Below are positions 1-8,261 of a stretch of 64,000 bases of DNA, in pieces. Both the position numbers and the translations under genes were made by a program. This DNA comes from an uncultured Chloroflexia bacterium. Its GTDB lineage: Bacteria; Chloroflexota; Limnocylindria; Limnocylindrales; CSP1-4. The notes beneath the pieces are model-generated. The model worked only from the letters and a program-made list of their open reading frames with translations. It was not told the DNA's origin and made no database searches. How positions within the stretch are numbered: the stretch's first letter is position 1; every line of letters begins with the position of its first letter. The stretch spans positions 265,738-329,737 of the forward strand of contig CAWHYC010000008.1 in NCBI GenBank assembly GCA_963833535.1. The letters run 5' to 3'.

Positions 1-57
1 CGCCGGGACCAGCAGGAGCAGGAGCTGCGGCGCGGTGAAGCCGAAGGGCAGGCTCAT
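1..57 (-). CDS. N-terminal fragment of a further BatA-N-domain-like membrane protein; the gene runs off the left edge
   Basis: The minus-strand ATG at 55-57 overlaps the TGA at 54-56 of the upstream gene (ATGA coupling). The first residues, MSLPFGFTAPQLLLLLVPA, mirror the N-terminus of the 683-aa gene (MPFLAPLAIAGLAFIPLVV). Confidence 0.45.
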   Translation of the reverse strand, partial: MSLPFGFTAPQLLLLLVPA

Positions 58-2105
58 CGGGCGCTCCGCCGTCGCAGCGGGCGTCGGCGGCCGAGGTTGC
101 CGATCCATCCGCGGATGCGCCGTGCCCCGTCGCGCTCGTAGACGAGCCACTCCACGAGCAGGAGGCCCAGCGCGGCCAGGGCGATGGGGATCCACCACTC
201 GTCGCGGGCCGTGCCCCGGGTGCCACCATCGGCGGGAGCGCCACCGACCGCCACGAGTCGCGCACCGTCGCCGGGCGCGATATTCGACTCCTGCAAGTCG
301 AAGAGATCGACGGCGAAGCGGACGGGCCCGACCGCCACCTCTGCGCCCGAACCGGATGCACTCGGCGTCGGGTGCAGGGTGGGACTCGCAGCCGCGGCGC
401 TGCCTGAAGGGGCCGGCGGCGCCGGGATCGGCTCGGCGGTGTAGGCGCCGAGGGCGCTCGTGCCCACGAACGTGACGCCGGCGCTGGATGTCGTCGCCGG
501 CTCGACCTCGGTCATCGTCCCGTCCGGCGACGAGACTCGCATGCCTACGCTGTCCGGTGGCAGGAGCAGCTCGACAGGTGCGCCCGGCTTGACCGGGTCG
601 AAGGTGCTGGCGTCCCGTCCGAGCAGCTCGCCCGAGAGGTTGGCGACGAGGATCGGCCAGGCCACCTGGAGGGGCAGGTCACTCTGGCGAAGGTCGAACG
701 CCAGGACCACGGTGGGTAGACCATCGCGCGCGCCGGCATAGAGCAGGGGCGCCTGGCCGACGCCAGGGATGACGCTCCGCGCCCACGGCGGCAGCTCCAT
801 GCGCTGGGCCTTGGCGACATGGGCACGGGTCAGGTCGACGTCGTGCAGGAGCGGCTCATCCGGCGCCGGCCGGCCGAGGCCTGGCTGCTGCAGCGTGCCG
901 GTGACGGTGCCCAGCTCGCTCGTCCGCGGTGGAGCGACGGCCAGGATCGGCTTCGCCGGCAGGCTCGCCGGCAGGAAGCCGTCGAAGACGATGAGGTCGA
1001 ACTTGTCGAGCCCGGTCGTATTCGCGTAGTCCTCGCCCGTGGCGCCGTAGAGCTCGACCTTGGGCAGCAGCGACAGGGCGTTCTGGAGGTAGACGTTGCC
1101 GGGGCCGACCAGCAGGATGCGCTGCAGGCGGTCGCTCGGCACGATGGCCCAGGCGGCGTCGTCGGCCGCCAGCTGATCGGCAAGACCGGTCGGCGCGGCG
1201 CCATCCTCGGTCGTGTCGGTGGCCGTCAGCCGGGCCTCGACCACGGCCGTCCCCGCGGGCAGCTCGTCGATGATGACCTGCGTCTGCGTCAGCGGGTCGA
1301 GATAGACGTCTCGAGCCGTGAAGGGGACCCCGTCAGCCAGCACCTGGATCCGCCGCTCGACGCGCTGGGCATCGAGGTTGGCGACGCTCACGAACAGGCT
1401 GCGCTTGACGCCGCCGGCGCCGGTCTGGACCGCCAGGCCTGAGATCGCCTGGTTGTGCCGCTCCCGCCCGACCGGCAGGACGCGGATGGGCGCCTTGGTA
1501 TGCAGCGCCGGGGCTGTGCCGCCGGCGTCGTCGGTCACGACCAGGATCTGCGCGCCCCGGGCACGCGATGCGAGGGCATCAGCCAGGCGCAACGCCTCGG
1601 TCATGTCGCCGCTGCCGTTGGACAGCGCGATGCCATCGATGAGGGCGGTCGCGCGTCCGCGATCGCTGACCTCGTTGCCGACCACGCGGGCCGTCTCGCC
1701 GGCGGCGACGATGCTCACTCGCCCGTCCGAGGGCAGCTCGGCGAGCGCTTCGGATGCGGCGCGCTTGGCCGCGGTCAGCCGATCCGGAAGGACGTCCGTG
1801 GCGCCCATGCTGGCCGACGCGTCGACGACCAGCACCAGGTCGCTCGCCAGGCCCGCAGGCCGCTCCAGGAAGGGACGCGCTGCGGCCAGGACGAGGATGA
1901 GGACCAGGAGGAGTTGGAGCAGCAGGAGCAACGATCGCCGCAGACGCTGCCAGGGGGCGTTGGCCTCCACGTCGCGGACCAGCTGCTGCCAGAGGAACGT
2001 GCTGCTGACCGTCCGCTCATCGCGCCGCAGCCGCAGCATGTAGAAGGCGACGACCAGCGGGATGAAGGCCAGGCCGGCGATGGCCAGCGGCGCCAGGAAG
2101 GGCAT
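54..2105 (-). CDS. Membrane-anchored von Willebrand factor A (VWA) domain protein with a BatA-type N-terminal domain
   Basis: 683-aa ORF with a hydrophobic BatA-like N-terminus and a second TM segment (LLLLLQLLLVLILVLAAA). A VWA/MIDAS-like motif LVLVVDASASMG follows. It lies directly after the MoxR and DUF58 genes, as in Bat/MoxR-VWA operons. Confidence 0.85.
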   Translation of the reverse strand: MPFLAPLAIAGLAFIPLVVAFYMLRLRRDERTVSSTFLWQQLVRDVEANAPWQRLRRSLLLLLQLLLVLILVLAAARPFLERPAGLASDLVLVVDASASMGATDVLPDRLTAAKRAASEALAELPSDGRVSIVAAGETARVVGNEVSDRGRATALIDGIALSNGSGDMTEALRLADALASRARGAQILVVTDDAGGTAPALHTKAPIRVLPVGRERHNQAISGLAVQTGAGGVKRSLFVSVANLDAQRVERRIQVLADGVPFTARDVYLDPLTQTQVIIDELPAGTAVVEARLTATDTTEDGAAPTGLADQLAADDAAWAIVPSDRLQRILLVGPGNVYLQNALSLLPKVELYGATGEDYANTTGLDKFDLIVFDGFLPASLPAKPILAVAPPRTSELGTVTGTLQQPGLGRPAPDEPLLHDVDLTRAHVAKAQRMELPPWARSVIPGVGQAPLLYAGARDGLPTVVLAFDLRQSDLPLQVAWPILVANLSGELLGRDASTFDPVKPGAPVELLLPPDSVGMRVSSPDGTMTEVEPATTSSAGVTFVGTSALGAYTAEPIPAPPAPSGSAAAASPTLHPTPSASGSGAEVAVGPVRFAVDLFDLQESNIAPGDGARLVAVGGAPADGGTRGTARDEWWIPIALAALGLLLVEWLVYERDGARRIRGWIGNLGRRRPLRRRSAR

Positions 2106-2119
2106 CGTCTCGCCTCGTG

Positions 2120-3067
2120 TCAGGCGACCACGCCGCGGCGGCGCAGCTCGGCGAAGATGAGGTCGGCCAGCGGCAAGGTCGAGGGCACGGTCACGAACGA
2201 GGCCCGCCGCTTGGTGGCTGTCGCCTCGAGCCCGGCCTGCCAGGCCCCGAGGCGCGCGCGGTAGGCGTCGATGGTCGCCAGGTCCGCGGTGATGTCCACG
2301 CCGGCAGCGCTCTCGACGTCGACCAGCCGCAGGTCACCCTCGAGCGGCGGGTCAAGCTCGTCCGGGCTCAGCACCTGGAGGATGGCCACCTCGCAGCGCG
2401 TGCCGGCGAGCTCGGAGATGGCCCGCTCGGCGTTGGCGTCGAAACAGTCGCTGATGAGGATCAGCGGGCCCCGCTGGGTCAGCTGCGCCGCGTAATGCCG
2501 CGCGCAGGCGGCGAGGTCGGTGGAGCCAGCCGCCGGCTGGACCGGCGACAGGTCGGCCAGGACCTGGAAGATGCGGTTAGTCCCGCGCACGGCGGGGTAG
2601 CGGCGGGCCGCGCGACCCTGGAGGACGGCCAGGCTGATGCGGTCATACGAGGCCAGCCCGACATAGGCCAGGGCGGCGGCCGCTCGCTTGGCGAAGAGGA
2701 GCTTGTCCGGCGAGCCCGTGCCCATCGAACCCGAGGCGTCGAGCAGGATATGGACGGTCACGTCCTCTTCCTCGATGAAGAGCTTGATGAAGAGCTTCTC
2801 GAGGCGGGCGTAGATGTTCCAATCGAGCGAGCGCAGGTCGTCGCCCAGCGAGTAATCGCGATAGTCGGCGAACTCGACCGAGACGCCGCGCTTGGCGCTC
2901 CGACGGACACCCTTCATGCCGCCCCGCACGGCCTTGCGCGTGACGAGCATCAATCGTTCCAGCTGGCGTAGGAACGCCTCGTCGAAGACGGTCGGGTCGA
3001 CCGCCGAGGGCAGCAGGTCGTGGCGGGTCGCCGGCTCGGCGGCCGGCGACGATCGCGGGTCGGTCAT
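2120..3067 (-). CDS. DUF58 family protein (MoxR partner)
   Basis: Carries DYRDYSLGDDLRSLDWNIYARLEKLFIKLF and HILLDASGSMG, which are typical of DUF58. The ORF-track start at 3385 would overlap MoxR. I prefer the ATG at 3065-3067 (MTDPRSS...), 19 nt after the MoxR stop. Confidence 0.85.
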   Translation of the reverse strand: MTDPRSSPAAEPATRHDLLPSAVDPTVFDEAFLRQLERLMLVTRKAVRGGMKGVRRSAKRGVSVEFADYRDYSLGDDLRSLDWNIYARLEKLFIKLFIEEEDVTVHILLDASGSMGTGSPDKLLFAKRAAAALAYVGLASYDRISLAVLQGRAARRYPAVRGTNRIFQVLADLSPVQPAAGSTDLAACARHYAAQLTQRGPLILISDCFDANAERAISELAGTRCEVAILQVLSPDELDPPLEGDLRLVDVESAAGVDITADLATIDAYRARLGAWQAGLEATATKRRASFVTVPSTLPLADLIFAELRRRGVVA

Positions 3068-3086
3068 CGGCGCCTGCCCGTCGCCG

Positions 3087-4106
3087 TCAGTCGACGATCG
3101 GCGGGGCGACGGCGTCCAGGACGGCGCGGATGATGGCGTCGGGCGTGATGCCCTCCGCCTCGCCCTCGAAGTTGCGGATGACCCGATGTCGGAGCGCCGG
3201 CAAGGCGACGTCGCGGATGTCGTCGATGGCCACGTTGAAGCGTCCGTCCATGAGGGCCTGGATCTTGCCCGCCACGACGAGCGCCTGGGCGCCGCGCGGC
3301 GAACCACCGTAGCGGACGTACTCGCGCACCAGGCCAGGTGCGCGATCGTTGTCGGGGTGCGTGGCCGATAGCAGGCTGACGGCATAGGCCGTCACGTGCG
3401 GCGCGATGGGCACGCTGCGGGCGAGCCGCTGCATGGCCACGATCTCGGCGCCGGTGGCCACGTGCTGGACGGTGACCTGTTCGCCGCCCGTGGTGCGATC
3501 CATGATCGCCACAAGGTCTTCCTCGGCTGGGAAGGGGACCCAGAGCTTGAAAAGGAAGCGATCGAGCTGGGCTTCGGGCAGGGGGTAGGTGCCTTCCATC
3601 TCGAGCGGGTTCTGGGTCGCCAGGACGAAGAACGGCGGATCGAGCTTGTAGCGCTGGCGCGCGACCGAGACCTGCTGCTCCTGCATCGCCTCGAGCAGGG
3701 CCGACTGGGTCTTGGGGGTTGCACGGTTGATCTCATCGGCCAGCACGAGGTTGGCGAAGATCGGCCCGGGCTGGAAGCGGAACTGCCGGCCGCCCGCCTC
3801 CTCGACCAGGATGTTGGTGCCCACGATGTCGGCGGGCATCAGGTCGGGCGTGAACTGGATGCGGTTGAAGGCGCAGTCGATGACTTCGGCCATGGTGCGG
3901 ACGAGCATCGTCTTGCCGAGCCCGGGCACGCCCTCGAGCAGCGCGTGGCCGTTGGCCAGCATGCAGATCAGGGTCTGCCGGACGAGGGCATCCTGACCGA
4001 CGATGACCCGACCGACCTCGCGTTCGATGATCCGGCTCCGCTCGGCGAAGTCGTTCGTGCTGAGAGTCATGGTCGGCGCGGCGGTCGGAGCGGCGGGGTC
4101 GTTCAT
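3087..4106 (-). CDS. MoxR-family AAA+ ATPase
   Basis: Walker A GVPGLGKT, Walker B/sensor region LVLADEINRATPKTQSALLEAMQE, MoxR-like length (339 aa) and a DUF58/VWA neighbourhood. Confidence 0.9.
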   Translation of the reverse strand: MNDPAAPTAAPTMTLSTNDFAERSRIIEREVGRVIVGQDALVRQTLICMLANGHALLEGVPGLGKTMLVRTMAEVIDCAFNRIQFTPDLMPADIVGTNILVEEAGGRQFRFQPGPIFANLVLADEINRATPKTQSALLEAMQEQQVSVARQRYKLDPPFFVLATQNPLEMEGTYPLPEAQLDRFLFKLWVPFPAEEDLVAIMDRTTGGEQVTVQHVATGAEIVAMQRLARSVPIAPHVTAYAVSLLSATHPDNDRAPGLVREYVRYGGSPRGAQALVVAGKIQALMDGRFNVAIDDIRDVALPALRHRVIRNFEGEAEGITPDAIIRAVLDAVAPPIVD

Positions 4107-4126
4107 CGGTCGTCTCCTGTGGTCGA

Positions 4127-6028
4127 TCAGGGGTTGAGGGACGAGAAATAGTCGCGCACGTAGTCCTTGACGCCGAGCGGCACGACACTGCGATCGAGGC
4201 TCGTGATGGCGAAGTCGTAGAAGTCCTGGTAGACGTCCGTGTAGGGCACGAATGCGTCGCTGGGGACGCCCTGGCCCGTGCCCTGGCCCTGCTGTGTCTG
4301 CCCGTCGCCACCGGAGCCTGCCACGTACGACGGGTCGCCGGGGCGGCCAAGCCGATCGAAGTCGGCGAAGATCTTGTCCAGGTCGCCCGTGCCGAACTGC
4401 TTGTTGCCGCTCGTCGGACCACGGAACTGGCCATTCGAACCCGTGCCGCTGCCGAGGAAGCGGGCGCTCGAGCCGCCTCCGCCGAGGCTGCCTTGCCCCT
4501 GGCCTTGGCCCTGGCCCTGGCCTTGTCCCTGGCCCTGGCCTTGCCCCTGGCCTTGGCCCTGGCCCTGCCCTTGTCCCTGGCCTTGCCCCTGGCCTTGTCC
4601 CTGGCCTTGCCCCTGGCCCTGCCCTTGTCCCTGGCCTTGACCTTGGCCTTGCCCCTGGCCCTGCCCTTGGCCCTGGCCTTGCCCTTGTCCCTGGCCTTGT
4701 CCCAGCCCGGTGCCCGGGCTCTGGCCGGGCTGACCCTGGCCTTGCCCGGTGCCCGGGCTCTGGCCGGGTTGCCCCTGGGGCTGGCCTGTGCCCTGGCCCG
4801 CGGCGCTCGCGATGGTGCGTCGAGCGTCCTGGAGATCGTTCGCCGTGCGGGCAAGATCGCGCTGCAGCTCCACATCGCGGCCTGCCCGGGCCAGCTGTTC
4901 ACCGAGCTGGCGCAGCGCATCTTGCGCGCCGACGGCGTCGCCCCGGGCGAGCGCCTGCGCCGCGTCGCGCACCGCGCCCTGGGCGCTGGCGCCGGCCTGG
5001 CGAGCGACCCCCTCGAGTGCTGCCAGCTCTGCTGAGAGCCGCTCCCGTTCAGCCGACGTCAGCTCGTCGGCGCGATCGGCGAGTCGGTCGGCGTCCTTGG
5101 CGCCCTGCTCGGGGGATCCGTCCGGATTGCTGTCGCTGCCCGACTGCAGACGGCTGACGCTGCGCGCCAGCGAGGCGAGGGCCGCCGCGCGCTGCTCATT
5201 GCTTGGATCGAGGCGTGCCCGGAGCGCGTCCTCGAGGGATCCGAGCCTGGCCAGCTGCGCCTCGAGATCCTCCGGTCGCTCTCGCAGCTCGCGGCTGATC
5301 CGTCGAAGCTCCTCGGCGATGTCGGCGCGCGGATCGTCAGCGGTCCGGCCCTCGCTCAGACGATCTGCGGTCTGCTCCAGGCGCTGCGCCTGCCGTTCGG
5401 CGGCTTCCCGTTGGCGCTCACGTTGCGCGAGCGTGTCGCTCTGTGGGTTGGGCAGCACGAGGGCCGGGATCAGCACCAACGCGAGGATGGCGGCCAGCCG
5501 CGCCGGGCGACGCGGCAATCGGGGAGGAAAGGCGTGCTGGTCGGCCGCGCGAAGGCTGCCCAGGGCGTCGCGACGCTGGAGCCTGACGAAATCGGCGTAG
5601 GTCGCCGTTTCGTGCACGAGCTCTGGATCGGCGGCCGGGTCCGTGGCGCGACCCGCACCATCGGGAGTGTCCCCCGTTCCCACCATCATGGTCAGCTCGG
5701 GGGATCGCAGCGCGATCTCGAGCGCGGATGAGAGCCGGTCGCGGAGGCCCTGCTCGCCGTCGAGCGCCAGCGCCGTCTCGGCGACCGTCGGTCGCACGCG
5801 CACGGCGTCGATGAGCAGGGCGATGATGCCGACGACCGGGATGGCCAGAGCCGCGCTCCACGCCCATCCGAGCGGCAACAGCCGTCCGGCAACGGCGAGG
5901 ACGAGCTCCATCCCCACGACCAGTGCCGCCAGCCATGTCGCGTCGCGGACGATCCGGCGCAACCAGAGGCGGCGGCGGAAAGGCGCCAGGCCGGAGCGGA
6001 TGGCGACCAGCGTCGGGTCGAGCGTCAT
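4127..6028 (-). CDS. Membrane protein with two N-terminal TM helices, an Ala/Arg/Glu-rich helical region, a long Gly-Gln repeat and a conserved tail (possibly DUF4175-like)
   Basis: The chosen start is the ATG at 6026-6028 (MTLDPTLVAIRSG...), which overlaps the stop of the ABC-2 permease gene (ATGA). TM segments are ATWLAALVVGMELVLAVAG and WSAALAIPVVGIIALLI. The C-terminal tail is VPLGVKDYVRDYFSSLNP. The family name is from memory only. Confidence 0.7.
   Translation of the reverse strand: MTLDPTLVAIRSGLAPFRRRLWLRRIVRDATWLAALVVGMELVLAVAGRLLPLGWAWSAALAIPVVGIIALLIDAVRVRPTVAETALALDGEQGLRDRLSSALEIALRSPELTMMVGTGDTPDGAGRATDPAADPELVHETATYADFVRLQRRDALGSLRAADQHAFPPRLPRRPARLAAILALVLIPALVLPNPQSDTLAQRERQREAAERQAQRLEQTADRLSEGRTADDPRADIAEELRRISRELRERPEDLEAQLARLGSLEDALRARLDPSNEQRAAALASLARSVSRLQSGSDSNPDGSPEQGAKDADRLADRADELTSAERERLSAELAALEGVARQAGASAQGAVRDAAQALARGDAVGAQDALRQLGEQLARAGRDVELQRDLARTANDLQDARRTIASAAGQGTGQPQGQPGQSPGTGQGQGQPGQSPGTGLGQGQGQGQGQGQGQGQGQGQGQGQGQGQGQGQGQGQGQGQGQGQGQGQGQGQGQGQGQGQGQGQGQGQGQGSLGGGGSSARFLGSGTGSNGQFRGPTSGNKQFGTGDLDKIFADFDRLGRPGDPSYVAGSGGDGQTQQGQGTGQGVPSDAFVPYTDVYQDFYDFAITSLDRSVVPLGVKDYVRDYFSSLNP
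4490..4702 (-). repeat. Imperfect 6-bp tandem array encoding about 35 consecutive Gly-Gln dipeptides
   Basis: The plus strand reads ggccctggccttggccctgtcc... throughout. On the minus strand the codons vary among GGC/GGA/GGG and CAG/CAA. The array is flanked by two copies of GQPGQSPGTG. Confidence 0.9.
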
Positions 6029-7284
6029 GGCGCTGGCCTCGGGGCCCGTCTCGACCGGGGCAGACGCGATCCCCGACGGCTGGGCATCACGAGGCGCGAC
6101 GAGATGAGCGTCAGCACCACCGCCAGGACCAGGAACGCGGCGGCAGATTGCGGCCAGAACGTGTCCCGCGGAAAGCCCGTCAGGGTCTGCGAGGGCGCGA
6201 CGTCGAAGACCGGTTTCCCAGCGATGACGCACCTGGCGTTCGGCAGGCACGCGCCGTCAGGTACGAAGCCGCCGATGGCGACCGCGTTCGCCACCCCGAC
6301 CTGGACGACAGCCGACCCATCGTCGACCGCGACGCCGGGCATGGGGACCGGCTCGGGCATCGGCTTCAGGCACTGATCGAGCGGACAGTCGATGCTGCCC
6401 GAGCTGCCGAAGTAGGGCTTGCCCGTGACCGCGCTCATGACCAGGCAGGCATCCGAGGAACCGGAGACGGCGGTCACGCAGACGAGGTCCATGTCAGCCA
6501 CGAAGGGGTTCAGCCACAGCAGCTGCTGGGCTGGGCGACCGGTGGCGGCGCCGGTGCCCGGGATGAAGCCGCCGGGGGCGCTGACGCCGGACGTCGCGTA
6601 CAGGAAGTACCAGACGACCCAGGTCCCCGCGGTCAGGGCGAGGATGGTCAGGTAGGTCAGGACCGTGGCCACCTGCGTGCGCTTGACGAGCGCCGAGATG
6701 AACAACCCGATGGCGCCGAAGCCGACCGCGAAGCAGACCAGCAGCAGGTAGCCGCGCAGCAGATCGTCTGGCCCGACGCCACCGAAGAGGAAGACGACCG
6801 CTGCCATCGGCAGCGAGGCGAAGATCAGCAGGAAGACGTAGGCCAGGGCCGCCCCGAGCTTGCCGATGACCAGCCCGAGGCTGCTGAGCGGGGTGGTGAC
6901 CAACAGGTCGAGGGTCTGCTTCTCGCGCTCGAGCGAGATGGCGCCGGTCGTAAAAGCCGGTGCGAGGACCGCCACGAGCACCGTCTCGACCAACAGCAGC
7001 CCGGTGAACAGGGCCTGGCCGATCTGTGCCGACAGCGCGACCGGCGCGACGCCGAAGCCCGTGAAGAAGGACTGGCTGGCCGCGGCGTCCTTCTGGAACT
7101 CGTAGACGCCCCACGAGAAGATGGCCAACAGGACGAGGTAGAGGGTCAGGACGGCGAAGGCGCGACGCCCTCGCATGCGGCCCCGCAGCTCCTTGGTGCC
7201 GACGGCGACGATACCGACCCCGAGGCGTTGGAAGGCATCGCCGAGGCGACGCAACGGGTTGCGGTGCTGCGTGCTGGCGATCAT
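6025..7284 (-). CDS. ABC-2 type transporter permease with a large Cys-containing extracytoplasmic insert
   Basis: 419-aa multi-TM ORF. Its start overlaps the stop of the ABC ATPase gene (7281-7284). The N-terminus KELRGRMRGRRAFAVLTLYLVLLAIF is typical of ABC-2 permeases. Confidence 0.8.
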   Translation of the reverse strand: MIASTQHRNPLRRLGDAFQRLGVGIVAVGTKELRGRMRGRRAFAVLTLYLVLLAIFSWGVYEFQKDAAASQSFFTGFGVAPVALSAQIGQALFTGLLLVETVLVAVLAPAFTTGAISLEREKQTLDLLVTTPLSSLGLVIGKLGAALAYVFLLIFASLPMAAVVFLFGGVGPDDLLRGYLLLVCFAVGFGAIGLFISALVKRTQVATVLTYLTILALTAGTWVVWYFLYATSGVSAPGGFIPGTGAATGRPAQQLLWLNPFVADMDLVCVTAVSGSSDACLVMSAVTGKPYFGSSGSIDCPLDQCLKPMPEPVPMPGVAVDDGSAVVQVGVANAVAIGGFVPDGACLPNARCVIAGKPVFDVAPSQTLTGFPRDTFWPQSAAAFLVLAVVLTLISSRLVMPSRRGSRLPRSRRAPRPAP

Positions 7285-8261
7285 CGGTCGGCCCCGCTGG
7301 GGGCGGATCCCGCTTCGACAACCTCTCGCGACGTGACCTGCAGGAAGAGCTCCTCGAGGTCCGACGCCGCCCGACTGAAGACGACGACGCGGTGGCCAGC
7401 ACCGACGACCCGTGCCAGCAGTGCGGCGCTGGCGTCGTCGTCGCCCTTGAAGGCGATCTCCAGCCAGCCGTCATCGAGCCGTTCGACGCCGACGATGAGG
7501 CTGTCGGCGCGGAAGAAGTCAGCGGCAGCGATGTGCGCCGCTTCGTCACCGAGGACGCGGACCTTGAGCACCGCCCCCGCCCGCAGCCGTGCCTCGATGT
7601 CGGCCACGCGTCCCGATGCCAGCACCCGCCCGTGGTCGATGATGGTCACGCTCGTGCACAGCTCCTCGAGCTCGGGCAGGATGTGGCTGCTGATGACGAT
7701 GGTCTTGCCCAGCGCGCGCAGCTCGCGGAGCAGCTCACGGAGCTCGACCCGCGCCCGCGGATCGAGACCGGACGCCGGCTCGTCGAGGAGCAGCACGCTC
7801 GGATCGTGGACCAGCGTGTGCGCCAGGCAGAGGCGCTGCTGCATGCCGCGGCTGAGCGCCTGTACGGATGCGTCGCGCTTGTCGGCCAGGTCGACCAGCT
7901 CCAGCAGATCGCCGATCATCTGCCGCCGCCGCGTCGCCGGCAGGCCGTAGCAGCGGGCGAAGAAGTCCAGGTATTCCCAGACTTTCATGTCGTCGTAGAC
8001 ACCGAAGGCGTCGGGCATGTAGCCGATGACGCGACGGACCGCGTCGGGATCCTTGATGACGTCGACACCGCCGATCTCGGCCTGACCGGAGGTCGGCGCC
8101 AGCACCGTGGCCAGCATCTTGAGCGTCGTCGTCTTGCCCGCGCCGTTGGGTCCGACCAGGCCGTGGATCTCGCCGGGCGCGACCTGCAGGTCGACGCCGG
8201 CCACGGCCAGCGTCCCATCGTATCGTTTGACCAGTCCCTCGGTCCGTACCGCGAAGGTCAC
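7281..8261 (-). CDS. ABC transporter ATP-binding protein
   Basis: Walker A GPNGAGKTT, ABC signature LSRGMQQRL and Walker B LLLDEP. There is a 4-nt overlap with the genes on both sides. Confidence 0.92.
   Translation of the reverse strand: MTFAVRTEGLVKRYDGTLAVAGVDLQVAPGEIHGLVGPNGAGKTTTLKMLATVLAPTSGQAEIGGVDVIKDPDAVRRVIGYMPDAFGVYDDMKVWEYLDFFARCYGLPATRRRQMIGDLLELVDLADKRDASVQALSRGMQQRLCLAHTLVHDPSVLLLDEPASGLDPRARVELRELLRELRALGKTIVISSHILPELEELCTSVTIIDHGRVLASGRVADIEARLRAGAVLKVRVLGDEAAHIAAADFFRADSLIVGVERLDDGWLEIAFKGDDDASAALLARVVGAGHRVVVFSRAASDLEELFLQVTSREVVEAGSAPSGADR

Noticed and set aside
4490-4800. A periodic repeat that could be mistaken for a CRISPR or a VNTR locus.
   Set aside because: The period is 6 bp with no spacers. 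The repeat lies in frame inside a long ORF and encodes Gly-Gln, so it is a coding low-complexity repeat.
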